Source: Planctomycetota bacterium
Lineage (GTDB): Bacteria > Planctomycetota > SZUA-567 > H5-PLA8
NCBI GenBank assembly: GCA_026184295.1
Contig: JAHCJK010000002.1
Coordinates: forward strand, 10,946-74,945
DNA length: 64,000 nt
Direction of reading: 5' to 3'
Positions 11,051 through 23,986 of this stretch are shown here, one piece after another. A model generated the notes under the pieces. That model made no database searches and was not told the DNA's origin. It was given only the letters and a program-made list of their open reading frames with translations. Within the stretch, counting starts at the first letter, position 1. Every line of letters starts with the position of its first letter. Both the position numbers and the translations under genes were made by a program.

Positions 11051-12862
11051 ATGGACAACGAAGCCCAACGCGACGAACGGCAGATGCCCGTTTCCGAAAG
11101 CCGCGAGATCCCGGCGAACCCGGAGCCCGGGAAACTGGGGCCCCCGGCCTCGCAATTGAATCCCCCCGACAACAGCGACAATCCCGAGCGCGAGGTGCTG
11201 CTCAAGCCCGGCGACAAGGTCGGCGGCTGCGTGGTGAAGCGCTTCATCGCCTGGGGCGGGATGGGCGAAGTTCACGAAGGGCGCCACGAGACGCTCGACC
11301 GGCGGGTCGCGATCAAGCTCGTGCGCGGCAAGTACGCCGACGACGACAAGTACCACGCGCGCTTCCTGCGCGAGGCCAAGGCTTCCGCGAAGCTGACCGA
11401 TCCGCACATCGCGCTGGTCTTCGACGCGGGCGAGCGCGAAGGGCAGCTCTTCGTCATCCTGGAATACATCGAAGGCGAGGACGTGAGCCAGAAGCTGGAG
11501 CGGCTGGGCAAACTTCCGGAGGAGGAAGCGCTGCGCGTCACGCGCGACGTCGCGCTGGGCCTGGCGGCGGCGCACGGCATGGGCATCATCCACCGCGACG
11601 TGAAGCCCAGCAACATCATGGTGAACGTCCAGGGCATGGCCAAGCTGATGGACTTCGGCCTCGCGCGCACCAACGACGCCAGCGACCACGGCCACCCCGA
11701 CGCCGGCGTGGTGACGGGCACGCCGCAGTACATGAGCCCCGAACAATGGATGGACGAGGACCTGGACAGCCGCGCGGACCTGTACAGCCTGGGCGTGACG
11801 CTGTACGAGATGCTGAGCGGCAAGTGGCCCATCGAGACGAACACGCTGAGCGAACTGCCCAAAAAGGTCGCCGCCCGGCAGCTCACGCCGCTGCGCGAAG
11901 CCATGCCCGGCCTGGACACCGAGACGTACAACCTCGTGGACTGGATGCTGGGGCCGTTCGAAGTCCGCTGCGCCTCGGCGCAGCAGCTCGCGGGCCGCAT
12001 CGACAAGCTGATCGCCAAGCGCCAGTCGGCCACGCGCACGCACTCGGCGCGCATCAGCAAGTCGATCGAACTGCGCCTGCCGGTCAAGGCCGAAGCTCCC
12101 GCGCACCAGGGCCCCCGGGAACCCTACGGCCTGTGGGCACTGGGCGGCGTGGCGGTGGTGGCGCTCTGCCTCGTGCTGGGCGTCTGGCGTCCGTGGGAAG
12201 GCGAGGCGGCGCGCACGCAGCCGGCCCCGCCCGCGGCCGCGAACCTCTACCCGCCCGGCACGCGCCTCGACCGCCTGACGATCCATTGGGCCGTCGTGGG
12301 CCTGCGCAAGGACGACCCGAAGCCGGCCGAACTCTCGCAGGACGCGGTGCTCCACGAAGGCGACGCGTGGCAGGTCAGGCTGCGCCCGAAGCAGGCCTGC
12401 TACCTGTACGCCGTGCGCCTGGACAGCTCCGGCGCGGTTACGCAGCTTTTTCCCCAGGGCTTCGAACTCGCCGACGCGCGCGTGGAGGCTGGCCAGGAAG
12501 TAAGCGTGCCCGCAGGCGGCGCGTGGAGTTCTGGCGGACCGGGGAAGACCGAGGAGACGGTCTACGTCGCGGCCAGTTACCGCCCGCTGGACAAGGTCCG
12601 CGACCTGTTAAAGAGCCTTCAGCAGCAGGTGCAGCGCGGGATCAAGCCCGAGGCCGGCGACCTGGAGATGCTCACGCGCGCGCTGGAAAGCACGGGCGAG
12701 GCCGCTCCGCCCGACGGCGCCGAAATGAACCTCGCGTCGCCTCCGTTCGTCCCGAGCGCGTTCACGTTCCGGAAGCCCGGCGGCGGGGAGTTCACGCAGC
12801 CTGCCCAGATGCTGGTCGGCAAGGCCGGCGCGGCCCACAAACTCGTCTTCCAGTGGCGTTGA
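11051..12862 (+). CDS. Hanks-type serine/threonine protein kinase with TM helix and extracytoplasmic DUF4384-like domain
   Basis: Kinase subdomains VAIKL, HRDVKPSN, DFGLAR, GTPQYMSPE. TM segment LWALGGVAVVALCLVLGVW. C-terminal sensor-like domain. Confidence 0.85.
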   Translation: MDNEAQRDERQMPVSESREIPANPEPGKLGPPASQLNPPDNSDNPEREVLLKPGDKVGGCVVKRFIAWGGMGEVHEGRHETLDRRVAIKLVRGKYADDDKYHARFLREAKASAKLTDPHIALVFDAGEREGQLFVILEYIEGEDVSQKLERLGKLPEEEALRVTRDVALGLAAAHGMGIIHRDVKPSNIMVNVQGMAKLMDFGLARTNDASDHGHPDAGVVTGTPQYMSPEQWMDEDLDSRADLYSLGVTLYEMLSGKWPIETNTLSELPKKVAARQLTPLREAMPGLDTETYNLVDWMLGPFEVRCASAQQLAGRIDKLIAKRQSATRTHSARISKSIELRLPVKAEAPAHQGPREPYGLWALGGVAVVALCLVLGVWRPWEGEAARTQPAPPAAANLYPPGTRLDRLTIHWAVVGLRKDDPKPAELSQDAVLHEGDAWQVRLRPKQACYLYAVRLDSSGAVTQLFPQGFELADARVEAGQEVSVPAGGAWSSGGPGKTEETVYVAASYRPLDKVRDLLKSLQQQVQRGIKPEAGDLEMLTRALESTGEAAPPDGAEMNLASPPFVPSAFTFRKPGGGEFTQPAQMLVGKAGAAHKLVFQWR

Positions 12863-15574
<2,712 letters not shown>

Positions 15575-15589
15575 CGTCGAGCCTCCGGG

Positions 15590-16585
15590 CTACGGATTCA
15601 GGTGGTAGAGCAGAAACAGCGTGCCCAGAATCAGCAGTATGATCAGTTCGGCGCCGGGTTCGATGAACGTGATCCTGCGTTCGGCGCGGTAGAGCAGGGA
15701 GAGCATGGCCACGGTCGTGACCAGGATCACGCCGAACGCGGTCACCGCGTGGTAGCGCTGCACCGAGGCCAGCAGCGGCCCGGGCTGCGCGGCATCCAGC
15801 GCGACGAAGAGCACCATGTTGAAGGAGTTGCTGCCGAAGATGCCGCCCAGCGCCAGGTCGTAGGAGCCCATGCGCAAGGCGACGAAGGTGGCGACCAGTT
15901 CGGGCAGGGAGGTGGCCAGCGCCACGAGCGTCGTGCCCACGAAGGTGTGGCCCACGCCGGTCTGGACGGCCAGGCGGTCGGCCGCCACAGCCAGGTACGG
16001 CGCGACGACCAGGATCACGCCCGCCGAAGCGACGTACCCCGCCAGGTTGAGCGCCACCGTCTTTCCCCAGCCGGGCGCTTTGGGCTCCGGCTCGGCCTCG
16101 GCCGCGGCCTTTTGCTGGTCGTAGTAGACCAGCCGGATGCCCAGCAGGTACACGATCAGCAGCGCCCAGGAGAAGGGGCCGAGGCCGAGGTAACTGCTCC
16201 CGATCCCCGAAACCATGGCCATGCCGGCCACGGCGGTAAGCGTAAGGGACATGGTGGCCGAAAGCGCGTGGGCCGAGGCCATCCTCGAAAACATCCGCTC
16301 CGTGGGCTTGCGGTACGTCACGTCCAGCACCGCGAGGATGAAGAGGTTGAAGAGGCTGCTGCCGAACAGGTCGCCCACGGCCAGGTCCGGCTGCCCGAGC
16401 CAGATGGCGTTGAGGTCCGTGGCCAGTTCGGGCAGCGAGGTCGCCGCGGCCAGGAAAATGCTGCCCATCAGCAGGCGTCCCAGGCCGGTCAGTTCGGCCA
16501 TGCGGTCGGTGCAGCGCGTCAGCACGGTCCCCGCCGCGACGATCACGAGGGCCGAAAGCACGAATTGGAGAACCGCGGACTCCAT
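15590..16585 (-). CDS. sodium:calcium antiporter (CaCA/YrbG family)
   Basis: Two alpha-repeat regions (GSSLPEL-like). Start MES or MLMES (GGAGG upstream). Operonic with P-type ATPase, 15-nt gap. Confidence 0.8.
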   Translation of the reverse strand: MESAVLQFVLSALVIVAAGTVLTRCTDRMAELTGLGRLLMGSIFLAAATSLPELATDLNAIWLGQPDLAVGDLFGSSLFNLFILAVLDVTYRKPTERMFSRMASAHALSATMSLTLTAVAGMAMVSGIGSSYLGLGPFSWALLIVYLLGIRLVYYDQQKAAAEAEPEPKAPGWGKTVALNLAGYVASAGVILVVAPYLAVAADRLAVQTGVGHTFVGTTLVALATSLPELVATFVALRMGSYDLALGGIFGSNSFNMVLFVALDAAQPGPLLASVQRYHAVTAFGVILVTTVAMLSLLYRAERRITFIEPGAELIILLILGTLFLLYHLNP

Positions 16586-16744
16586 GAGCATGCCTCCGCC
16601 TGCGCGACGCAATATCGGACAACGATCTCTTTTATTCAAGACGCGCGGCGAACGCAACCATCAACCTTTTCTTCACTATCCCGCGTTTGCCGGTAGAACC
16701 GCCGCGAGGAACGAACGCCGCGGCCGTGCCGCAAGGGAGTCTCG

Positions 16745-17737
16745 ATGAAAGTCGCCGTCTTTTCCGCCAAGCCGTACGATAAGGCCTACCTGGAGGCCGC
16801 CAACGCGAAAGCCGGGCACGAACTGCTCTTTCTCGAACCGCACCTGAACGACACCACCGTGGTGCTCGCCCAGGGCCACCAGGCCGTCTGCGCGTTCGTG
16901 AACGACCAGCTCAACGCGAACGTGATCGGCTGCCTGAAGAACCTGGGCGTGCGCTTCATCGCCATGCGCTGCGCCGGGTACAACAACGTCGATGTCAAGA
17001 TGGCGAAGGAGTCCGGCATCGCCGTCGCGCGCGTGCCGGCGTATTCGCCCTACGCGGTGGCCGAACACGCCGTCGCGCTGATGCTGGCGCTCAACCGCAA
17101 GATCGTGCGCGCGACGCACCGCATCCGCGAAGGCAACTTCGCGCTCGACGGGCTGCTGGGCTTCGACATGCACGGGCGCGTGGCGGGCATCGTCGGCACG
17201 GGCAAGATCGGCGCCGTGGTGGCCCAGATCCTCAAAGGCTTCGGCTGCCGCCTGCTGGCCTACGACAAGTTCCGCAACCCCGCCTGCGAGGCCCTGGGCG
17301 TGACCTACGTCGAACTCCCCGAACTCCTGGCCCAGTCCGACATCGTGACGCTGCACTGCCCGCTGCTCCCGGCGACCTACCACCTCATCAACGGCATGGC
17401 CGTCGAACAGATGAAGAAGGGCGTGATGCTGATCAACACCAGCCGCGGCGCGCTGATCGACACGCCCGCCGCGATCCAGGGCCTGAAAGACGGCAAAATC
17501 GGGAGCCTGGGCCTGGACGTGTACGAGGAAGAGGGCGACCTCTTCTTCGAAGATAAATCGGGCGAACTGCTTCAGGACGATGTCTTCGCGCGGCTGCTGA
17601 CCTTCCCCAACGTGGTGATCACCGGGCACCAGGCCTTTTTTACCGAAGAAGCGCTGAGCAACATCGCCGAGACCACCATCGGGAACCTTACGGCCTTCGA
17701 GAACGGGGTCCCGTCCGGCAACGAAGTCAAGGCGTGA
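16745..17737 (+). CDS. ldhA: D-lactate dehydrogenase / D-isomer-specific 2-hydroxyacid dehydrogenase
   Basis: NAD-binding GTGKIG motif, catalytic R-E-H triad context typical of LdhA. AAGGGAG SD. Confidence 0.85.
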   Translation: MKVAVFSAKPYDKAYLEAANAKAGHELLFLEPHLNDTTVVLAQGHQAVCAFVNDQLNANVIGCLKNLGVRFIAMRCAGYNNVDVKMAKESGIAVARVPAYSPYAVAEHAVALMLALNRKIVRATHRIREGNFALDGLLGFDMHGRVAGIVGTGKIGAVVAQILKGFGCRLLAYDKFRNPACEALGVTYVELPELLAQSDIVTLHCPLLPATYHLINGMAVEQMKKGVMLINTSRGALIDTPAAIQGLKDGKIGSLGLDVYEEEGDLFFEDKSGELLQDDVFARLLTFPNVVITGHQAFFTEEALSNIAETTIGNLTAFENGVPSGNEVKA

Positions 17738-17909
17738 GCGCCACTTAGCGGAACGCGGGCGGGGCGCGCCGGAGCCCCGAGCCTAAGGCTCGAAGAATTC
17801 CGCGCCCGGCTCGTCACATATATAGGGAGAGGTGCCTGGTTGACCCTCTGCCGCATCCTCTTAAGATAAGAGGAGTGGTTGAGGGTTTCTCTTGGTTGGG
17901 AGATCGCCC

Positions 17910-18863
17910 ATGACACGCATGATCGCCTGCGTGCTCGCGAGCCTGATGCTGGCCGTCCTGGTCCAGCACGCCGCGCGCGCCGAAAGCACCGACGAGATCG
18001 TCAAGCTGGCCGAGAAAGGCATCGGCGAGGACGTGCTGCTGGCCGCCGTGGACCGCAGCGACAAGGGCTTCAGCCTTACCGCCGACGACATCATCAAGCT
18101 CAAGCAGGCCCACGTGCCCGAAAAGGTCATCGCGGCCATGCTGCGCAAGAAGCCGGCCGCCGCGCCCGCGGGCCAGCCCGCGCCCGCCGAAGCGGCCGAC
18201 GTGCGCATCGAGAAGGCCGGCGAGACCGGCACGCTGAACCTCGAGAACGTGGACGACCGCGCCTGGGCCTACCGCTTCGACCTGGCCTCGCACCTGCTGT
18301 GGATCACCCCCGCGGGCGAGGACGAGAAGAAGACCATGACGCCGCACGGCGGCGTGAGCCTGAGCGTGCCGAAGGGCGCGTACGAAGTGCGCTACGCCGG
18401 CGAGGCCTCCGGGCAGGTCTTCAACGTCCCGGCCGGCGAGAAGGCCCTGCTGCTCTTCAGCCGCGTGGAGACCGAGGAGTTCGAGGGGCTGTACGTCAGC
18501 GTCTTCGAACGCGGCGAACGCCGCGCGGGCGGGCGCCTGGCCGTGTTGCGCCAGACCAAGAAGCCCGCGCAGACGCAGGCGACCTACGAACGCATCCCCG
18601 CGCGCGCCGAGGAACCGGCGTACCAGTATGAGCAGCCCCGCGCGACCGAGCGCGTCGTGGAACGCGTCGTCGAGCCCTCGACGACGGTGATCTACCGCGA
18701 GCCCGCGCCCGTGTACGTCTATCCTTCGTATCCGTCGTACCCGTACTACTACCGCCCGTACTGCTACCCGCATTCGTACTACCCGTACAATTCGGCGAGC
18801 TTCCGCTACAGCAACTACGGCCGCCGCAGCGGATTCAGCATTGGAGTCGGCGTCGGCTGGTAA
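17910..18863 (+). CDS. hypothetical secreted protein with Tyr/Pro-rich C-terminus
   Basis: Signal peptide MTRMIACVLASLMLAVLVQHAARA. C-terminal YVYPSYPSYPYYYRPYCYPHSYYPY low-complexity tail. Confidence 0.55.
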   Translation: MTRMIACVLASLMLAVLVQHAARAESTDEIVKLAEKGIGEDVLLAAVDRSDKGFSLTADDIIKLKQAHVPEKVIAAMLRKKPAAAPAGQPAPAEAADVRIEKAGETGTLNLENVDDRAWAYRFDLASHLLWITPAGEDEKKTMTPHGGVSLSVPKGAYEVRYAGEASGQVFNVPAGEKALLLFSRVETEEFEGLYVSVFERGERRAGGRLAVLRQTKKPAQTQATYERIPARAEEPAYQYEQPRATERVVERVVEPSTTVIYREPAPVYVYPSYPSYPYYYRPYCYPHSYYPYNSASFRYSNYGRRSGFSIGVGVGW

Positions 18864-18885
18864 GACGATTCTCTTTCAGAAATAG

Positions 18886-18920
18886 AAAAGGCGGAGCGCG
18901 TGCGCTCCGCCTTTTTTGTT
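18886..18920. terminator. bidirectional rho-independent terminator between convergent genes
   Basis: GGCGGAGCG-CGTG-CGCTCCGCC hairpin flanked by AAAA (left) and TTTTTTGTT (right). Confidence 0.7.
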
Positions 18921-18980
18921 GCCCGGAACCCGGCTTCGTATTCCTTCGAGTCCTGCGTGGACCGGGCCGTTCGGCGGTTT

Positions 18981-19991
18981 CTAGAAGAACTTCCGGTACC
19001 GCAGCCAGCCCAGAATCCCGCCCGCGAGCGCGAACATCAGGGCCGTGACCGCCCAGGGGGCCCAGGCGTCCTCGAGCAGCGGGAGGTCCTTGAAGTTCAT
19101 GCCGAACCAGCCGGTGAGAATCGTGAAGGGCAGCGAGACGGTGAAGAGCAGGGTCAGGAGCTTCATCACCTGGTTGGCGCGGGCGTCCATCACGGCGATG
19201 TAGACTTCGCGCGCGTGGTCGATGGTGTCGCGGCAGACGTCCAGGTCGTTCTCGATGCGGTTCAGATGGTCCAGGATGTCGCGGTAGTAGGCGTGCGACT
19301 TGGGGACGCAGGCCGGATGGCAGTCGCGCAGGAGGCGCTGGATCAGTTCGCGGTGGTCGTTCATCTGGCGGCGCAGGCTGAGCACGCGGCGCTTCAGTTC
19401 CAGCATGCCGGTGAGCAGTTCCAGCTTCTCGGTCTTGTGCAGCGCCAGCTCGGCCTCCTCGGCCTCGTCCTGAATCTTTTCCACCATCAGGAAGAACTGG
19501 TCCACGGCGGCGTCGAGGATGTCGTGGCAGAAGAAGGACGCGCCGCGGCCGAGCACGCGCTTGGGGTCGCGCTTGGCGCGGTCGTGAAAGGTCTGGAGGA
19601 ACGGCATCGGCCACTGGTGGTTGGTCACGACGTAGTTGGGGCCCAGGAAGATGTTGATCTCCTGGATCGCTTCCTCGCTGGGTTCGCCTTCCTTGATTTC
19701 CATGCCCGGCTTGTAATTGGGGTTGGGCGTCAGGAAGGAGATGAAGACGTGCGAGGCGAACTCGTCGAGCTTGGGAAACTTGCTGGTGTGCTGGCAGTCC
19801 TCGATGGCGAGCGGGTGGAACCCGAAGACCTCGTCCAGCAGGAAGAACTCTTCCGGCGTGGCCTTGTACAGATCCAGCCACAGCATCCCGTTGCCGGTGC
19901 GGACCGCGGTGCGCATCTCGTCGTCGGAAAGGTTTTGCTTGAGCGTGCCGTTGGCGGTCGTGACCGCGGTGAGGTACAGACTCGAGATCAT
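18981..19991 (-). CDS. corA: magnesium/cobalt transporter CorA
   Basis: C-terminal two TM helices with GMN motif (WFGMNF). Start uncertain (MISSLYL chosen; ORF extends to 20039). Confidence 0.8.
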   Translation of the reverse strand: MISSLYLTAVTTANGTLKQNLSDDEMRTAVRTGNGMLWLDLYKATPEEFFLLDEVFGFHPLAIEDCQHTSKFPKLDEFASHVFISFLTPNPNYKPGMEIKEGEPSEEAIQEINIFLGPNYVVTNHQWPMPFLQTFHDRAKRDPKRVLGRGASFFCHDILDAAVDQFFLMVEKIQDEAEEAELALHKTEKLELLTGMLELKRRVLSLRRQMNDHRELIQRLLRDCHPACVPKSHAYYRDILDHLNRIENDLDVCRDTIDHAREVYIAVMDARANQVMKLLTLLFTVSLPFTILTGWFGMNFKDLPLLEDAWAPWAVTALMFALAGGILGWLRYRKFF

Positions 19992-20197
19992 CGAAGGAAG
20001 GGCTCCTGCCGCGGACGGGGTCCGACCAATTCTATGCATGCGCTTCGAAGGTCAACGAAATTACCGTGCCGCGCGGGCGCGGCGGGCGCGAGTTCTAACG
20101 TTGCGCGGAGTTCCCGCCCCACGCTAATCTCACGGAGCCGCCGGACGCCGGCGGCCGCACGCAGCCGCGCCCTGACGATACCCCCGGAGATGCAGGC

Positions 20198-20725
20198 ATG
20201 TCCTCGTTCAAGCTTCTTAAAAAACGTTCGTTGCATTCGTTCCGCGTCTTCGAGATCCGCCAGGAGACCTGGCGCGGCCCCGACAAGCGCACCTTCGAGC
20301 GCCAGACGGTCGTGCATCCCGGCGCCGTGGCCGTCGTGCCGTTCGACCGCCGCGGGCGCATCCTCACGATCAAGCAGTTCCGCCCCGCCGTGAACCAGAT
20401 TCTGCTCGAAATCCCCGCCGGCACGCTGGAAGCCGGCGAGCAGCCGCTCGCCTGCGCCAGGCGCGAACTGATCGAAGAGACCGGCTTCGCGGCCCGCAAG
20501 TGGCAGCGCCTGGGCGCGATCTTCACCGCGCCGGGCTTCTGCAGCGAAAAAATCCACATCTTCAAGGCCTGGGACCTCGTTCCCGCCTTCCTCGAAAAGG
20601 ACGCCGACGAACACATCGACCTCCACCCGCTCTCGCGCGAACAGATCCGCCGCCAGATCCGCAATGGGCGCATCTGCGACGCGAAGACCCTCAGCGCGCT
20701 GCTGTACCTCCAGCTCCAGGGCTGA
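20198..20725 (+). CDS. NUDIX hydrolase (ADP-ribose pyrophosphatase-like)
   Basis: Nudix box [22 protein letters not shown]. Confidence 0.75.
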   Translation: MSSFKLLKKRSLHSFRVFEIRQETWRGPDKRTFERQTVVHPGAVAVVPFDRRGRILTIKQFRPAVNQILLEIPAGTLEAGEQPLACARRELIEETGFAARKWQRLGAIFTAPGFCSEKIHIFKAWDLVPAFLEKDADEHIDLHPLSREQIRRQIRNGRICDAKTLSALLYLQLQG

Positions 20726-20759
20726 TACGATCCCCCGCAAGGAACTCCGGGACACGCGC

Positions 20760-21506
20760 ATGCCGACAGGTTTTACGCTCTGGTTCACCGGGCTCTCGGG
20801 CTCGGGCAAATCGACGCTCGCCCACGCGGTGGCGGATGCGCTGGCCCGCGCCGGCCGCGCCGTGGACTTGCTCGACGGCGACGTCGTGCGCCAGGAACTG
20901 AGCAAGGGCCTGGGCTTCGGCAAGGATGACCGCGAAACGAACATCCGCCGCATCGGCTTCGTCGCGAGCCTGATCACCAAGCACGGCGGCGTGGCGATCA
21001 CCGCCGCGATCAGCCCGTACCGCGCGGGGCGCGAGGCCAACCGCACGCGCATCGGGCGCTTCGTCGAGGTCTACTGCAAGTGCCCGCTGGCCGCGTGCGA
21101 GGCGCGCGACGTGAAGGGCCTGTACAAGAAGGCGCGCCAGGCCGCCGCCGACGGCAAGCCGATGCAGTTCACCGGCGTGGACGATCCTTACGAGGAACCG
21201 CTCGCGCCGGAGATCGTCGTCGAGACGGACAAGCTGAGCATCAAGGAAGGCGCGGACCTGATCCTGAAGCGCCTGCACGAACTCGGCTACCTGGACGAGA
21301 CGCTCGAGGCCGCCCGCGACGCGAACGCGCATCACGAGCAGTTGCCGGAGGAACTGGTGGAGAAGGCCGCCGCGGCGTTCAAGCAGGCCGGGCGCGTCCA
21401 CACCCAGGTGCTGATGGACGAACTCCACGTCGGTTTCGCCACCGCCGCGCGCCTGATCGACCGCCTGAGCGACGACGGCCGGCTGACCGCGAGCGTGCGC
21501 GGCTAA
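20760..21506 (+). CDS. cysC: adenylyl-sulfate kinase with C-terminal FtsK-gamma-like winged-helix extension
   Basis: [18 protein letters not shown]-loop and full APS-kinase core (~190 aa). Extra ~55 aa tail [30 protein letters not shown] resembles the FtsK gamma domain. ORF track start 20664 trimmed to ATG 20760. Confidence 0.85.
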   Translation: MPTGFTLWFTGLSGSGKSTLAHAVADALARAGRAVDLLDGDVVRQELSKGLGFGKDDRETNIRRIGFVASLITKHGGVAITAAISPYRAGREANRTRIGRFVEVYCKCPLAACEARDVKGLYKKARQAAADGKPMQFTGVDDPYEEPLAPEIVVETDKLSIKEGADLILKRLHELGYLDETLEAARDANAHHEQLPEELVEKAAAAFKQAGRVHTQVLMDELHVGFATAARLIDRLSDDGRLTASVRG

Positions 21507-21518
21507 GGGTTGGTTCCG

Positions 21519-21962
21519 ATGCGCTTCGTCCTGCTCCACCACACCGGCTGGCCCGGACGCGAAGACCACTACGACCTGATGCTCCAGATGGAAGAAGGCG
21601 CGGGCGACTTCGACCCGGTGCTCAAGACCTTCGCCTCGCTTACCGACGAATGCCCCGACGGGCGCAGCCACGCCGATTCCCGCGCGCGCGGCGCCGCCAC
21701 GGGGGACCCCAGCGCGCAGACGAACCTGCTGCGGCTGATCGCCGACCACCGCCGCGCGTACCTGACGCTGGAAGGCCCGTTGAGCGGCGGGCGGGGGCGC
21801 GTCTCGCGGGTGGACGAAGGCGCGTTCGAATGGATCGAGGCGCCCGACGAGGGCCTGCAGCAGCTCCGCTTCACGCTCAACGGGGTGAAGCTGAAAGGCG
21901 GCCACCGCCTGCGCCACATGGGCGGCGGCATCTACTCGTTCGAACGGCTTAAGCGGGTGTAA
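21519..21962 (+). CDS. LigD 3'-phosphoesterase-domain-like protein (standalone)
   Basis: RFVLLHHTGWPGREDHYDLML resembles the FVVQKHxxxxLHYDLRLE signature of the LigD phosphoesterase domain. Confidence 0.55.
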   Translation: MRFVLLHHTGWPGREDHYDLMLQMEEGAGDFDPVLKTFASLTDECPDGRSHADSRARGAATGDPSAQTNLLRLIADHRRAYLTLEGPLSGGRGRVSRVDEGAFEWIEAPDEGLQQLRFTLNGVKLKGGHRLRHMGGGIYSFERLKRV

Positions 21963-21971
21963 GGCGGCGCG

Positions 21972-22490
21972 TCAGCGCTTGCGGCGGTCCTTGAGCGCGC
22001 GGTCGATGTCGCGGTTGGCCATGCGCTGCTTGAGCGCCTCGCGCTTGTCGTGCATCTGCTTGCCGCGCGCCAGCCCCAGTTTGACCTTGGCCCACGAGTC
22101 CTTGAAGTAAATCTCCAGCGGGACGATCGTATAGCCGCTCTTCTCCGACTTCAGGCGCAGCTTCTCGATCTCGCGGCCCTTCAGCAGCAAACGCCGCTGG
22201 CGCACGGGGTCGGGCAGTTGTACGTGCGCGTGCCCGTAGGTCTTGATCTGCAGGCCCATGATCCAGCACTGGTTTTCGTAGACGCGCGCGTACGCGTCGG
22301 CGAATTCCACGCGCCCCATGCGCAGGGACTTCACCTCGCTGCCGTGGAGTTCGATCCCGGCCTCGTAGGTCTCTTCGATGTGATAGTCGTGCCGGGCGCG
22401 GCGGTTGCTCGCGACGACCTTGTAGTAGGTCTTCTTCTCGCCTTCGTCCTTGCGCGCCGCCGCTTCCTGGCGGACCTGATGCATCTTCAT
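21972..22490 (-). CDS. smpB: SsrA-binding protein SmpB
   Basis: Full-length SmpB with characteristic basic C-terminal tail. No ssrA gene seen adjacent in window. Confidence 0.9.
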   Translation of the reverse strand: MKMHQVRQEAAARKDEGEKKTYYKVVASNRRARHDYHIEETYEAGIELHGSEVKSLRMGRVEFADAYARVYENQCWIMGLQIKTYGHAHVQLPDPVRQRRLLLKGREIEKLRLKSEKSGYTIVPLEIYFKDSWAKVKLGLARGKQMHDKREALKQRMANRDIDRALKDRRKR

Positions 22491-22532
22491 GGGAGGAATC
22501 TTACCCTACGGAAGGCCCGCGTGCTTGGCACA

Positions 22533-23750
22533 TCACGCGTGCGGAAACGTGCGCGTTGCCGCCAGGATCAGAAGCAGGAAGGCCTCCAGGCCCTGCGGCA
22601 GGCAGGCCGGGTCGAGCCATTCGTCGGTGGTGTGGGCGCGCCCGCCCTGGCAGACGCCGAAGGTCGAGGCGCGCAGGCCCAGGGCCAACGGCACGTTCGC
22701 GTCGGTGGAACTGGCCGTCACCTTCATCGACTGCCCCAGGTCCTTCCAGACGGCCGCGGCGAGCGTGATCCAGTCGCGGGTCAGCGCCCCGTCGCCGGTC
22801 GGGCGTTCGCCCAGCAGGTCCACCTGGACGCTCAGGCCCGGCGGGTTGCCGGCGGCGCCGATGGCCTTCTGCGCGCGCGCATCGAGCCCCGCGACGGCGG
22901 CGGAATCGACGGAGCGCAGGTCGAGCAGGAGTTCAGCCTGCTGCGCGATCGAGTTGACGCTCGTGCCGCCCTTGATGACGCCGATGTTGAAGGTCGTGCG
23001 CGGCGAGGCGGGCGCCTCAAGTTCGGTCAGGTTCGCGGCGATGTTGGCGAGGTGGTGGATCGCGCTGGGCGTTCCGAAGTCGGACCAGGAGTGCCCGCCG
23101 GGGCCGGTCACGGTCACCCGGTAGCGCCGCCCGCCCACGGCTTCGCCCACCACGTTGCCGATCCCGCCGTCCACGGAAAGGAAGCCGTCGAGCCCGCGTG
23201 CGAAGCGGTCGCAGAGCGCGCGCACGCCGCGCAGGTTGCCCAGGCCTTCCTCGCCGACGTTCGTGGCGAGGATCAGTTCGCCCGGAAACGGCCGGCCGGC
23301 CGCGCAGAGCAGTTTCGCCCCCGTCAGCAGCGTCACCAGGCCCGAGCCGTCGTCGCCGATGCCGGGCGCGATCAACCGGCCGTTCTCGGTGCGGACCGTG
23401 CAGTCGGTGCCGTGGGAGAAGACCGTATCGAGGTGCGCGCAGGCCAGGATCCGCGGGCCGGGCCCCTGCGAACCCGTCAGCGTGATCCAGCGGTTCCCGA
23501 CCTCGTCGGAATGAACCGTTTCGCCCGTAAATTGCTTGAAGACTTCCGCGGCGCGGTCGCCCCGAGGGCCTTCGTGAAAGGTCGGTGCGGGAATTTGAAC
23601 AAGTTCGGTAAGCAGGGCCACCATTTCGTCGCGCGATGCGCGAGCGGTTTGCCAAAGCGGTTGCAGTTGGGGATCGGTTCGGAGCTGCGCCACGGTCTGC
23701 ACCGCGAGCGCTTCGTTCTGCGCGGACTCGCCCGCCTTCGATTCAGTCAC
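22533..23750 (-). CDS. M20 family metallopeptidase (ArgE/DapE/peptidase T-like)
   Basis: Metal-binding motifs CAHLDTV, GIGDDGSG, NVGEEG, dimerization-domain insertion. Confidence 0.8.
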   Translation of the reverse strand: MTESKAGESAQNEALAVQTVAQLRTDPQLQPLWQTARASRDEMVALLTELVQIPAPTFHEGPRGDRAAEVFKQFTGETVHSDEVGNRWITLTGSQGPGPRILACAHLDTVFSHGTDCTVRTENGRLIAPGIGDDGSGLVTLLTGAKLLCAAGRPFPGELILATNVGEEGLGNLRGVRALCDRFARGLDGFLSVDGGIGNVVGEAVGGRRYRVTVTGPGGHSWSDFGTPSAIHHLANIAANLTELEAPASPRTTFNIGVIKGGTSVNSIAQQAELLLDLRSVDSAAVAGLDARAQKAIGAAGNPPGLSVQVDLLGERPTGDGALTRDWITLAAAVWKDLGQSMKVTASSTDANVPLALGLRASTFGVCQGGRAHTTDEWLDPACLPQGLEAFLLLILAATRTFPHA

Positions 23751-23986
23751 GAAAGCTCCCCGGAATTGTGGCCCCTAAACCGGCGTCTCTCACCGTCCCG
23801 TTTGTATCCTTGCGGCTTGGATGCCGTCAAGGTGCAACGCCTGGGCCTTACGCACATCGGGCCTTCCTCCGGAAGGCCCTCACACGCGGCCCTTTTGGGA
23901 CACTCTTGTCTGTGACGAACGCTCAGGAACCTACTAAACTAATGACAAGCTTGAAATTCACGAACCCGACCCGGAGGTCTTCGGAC

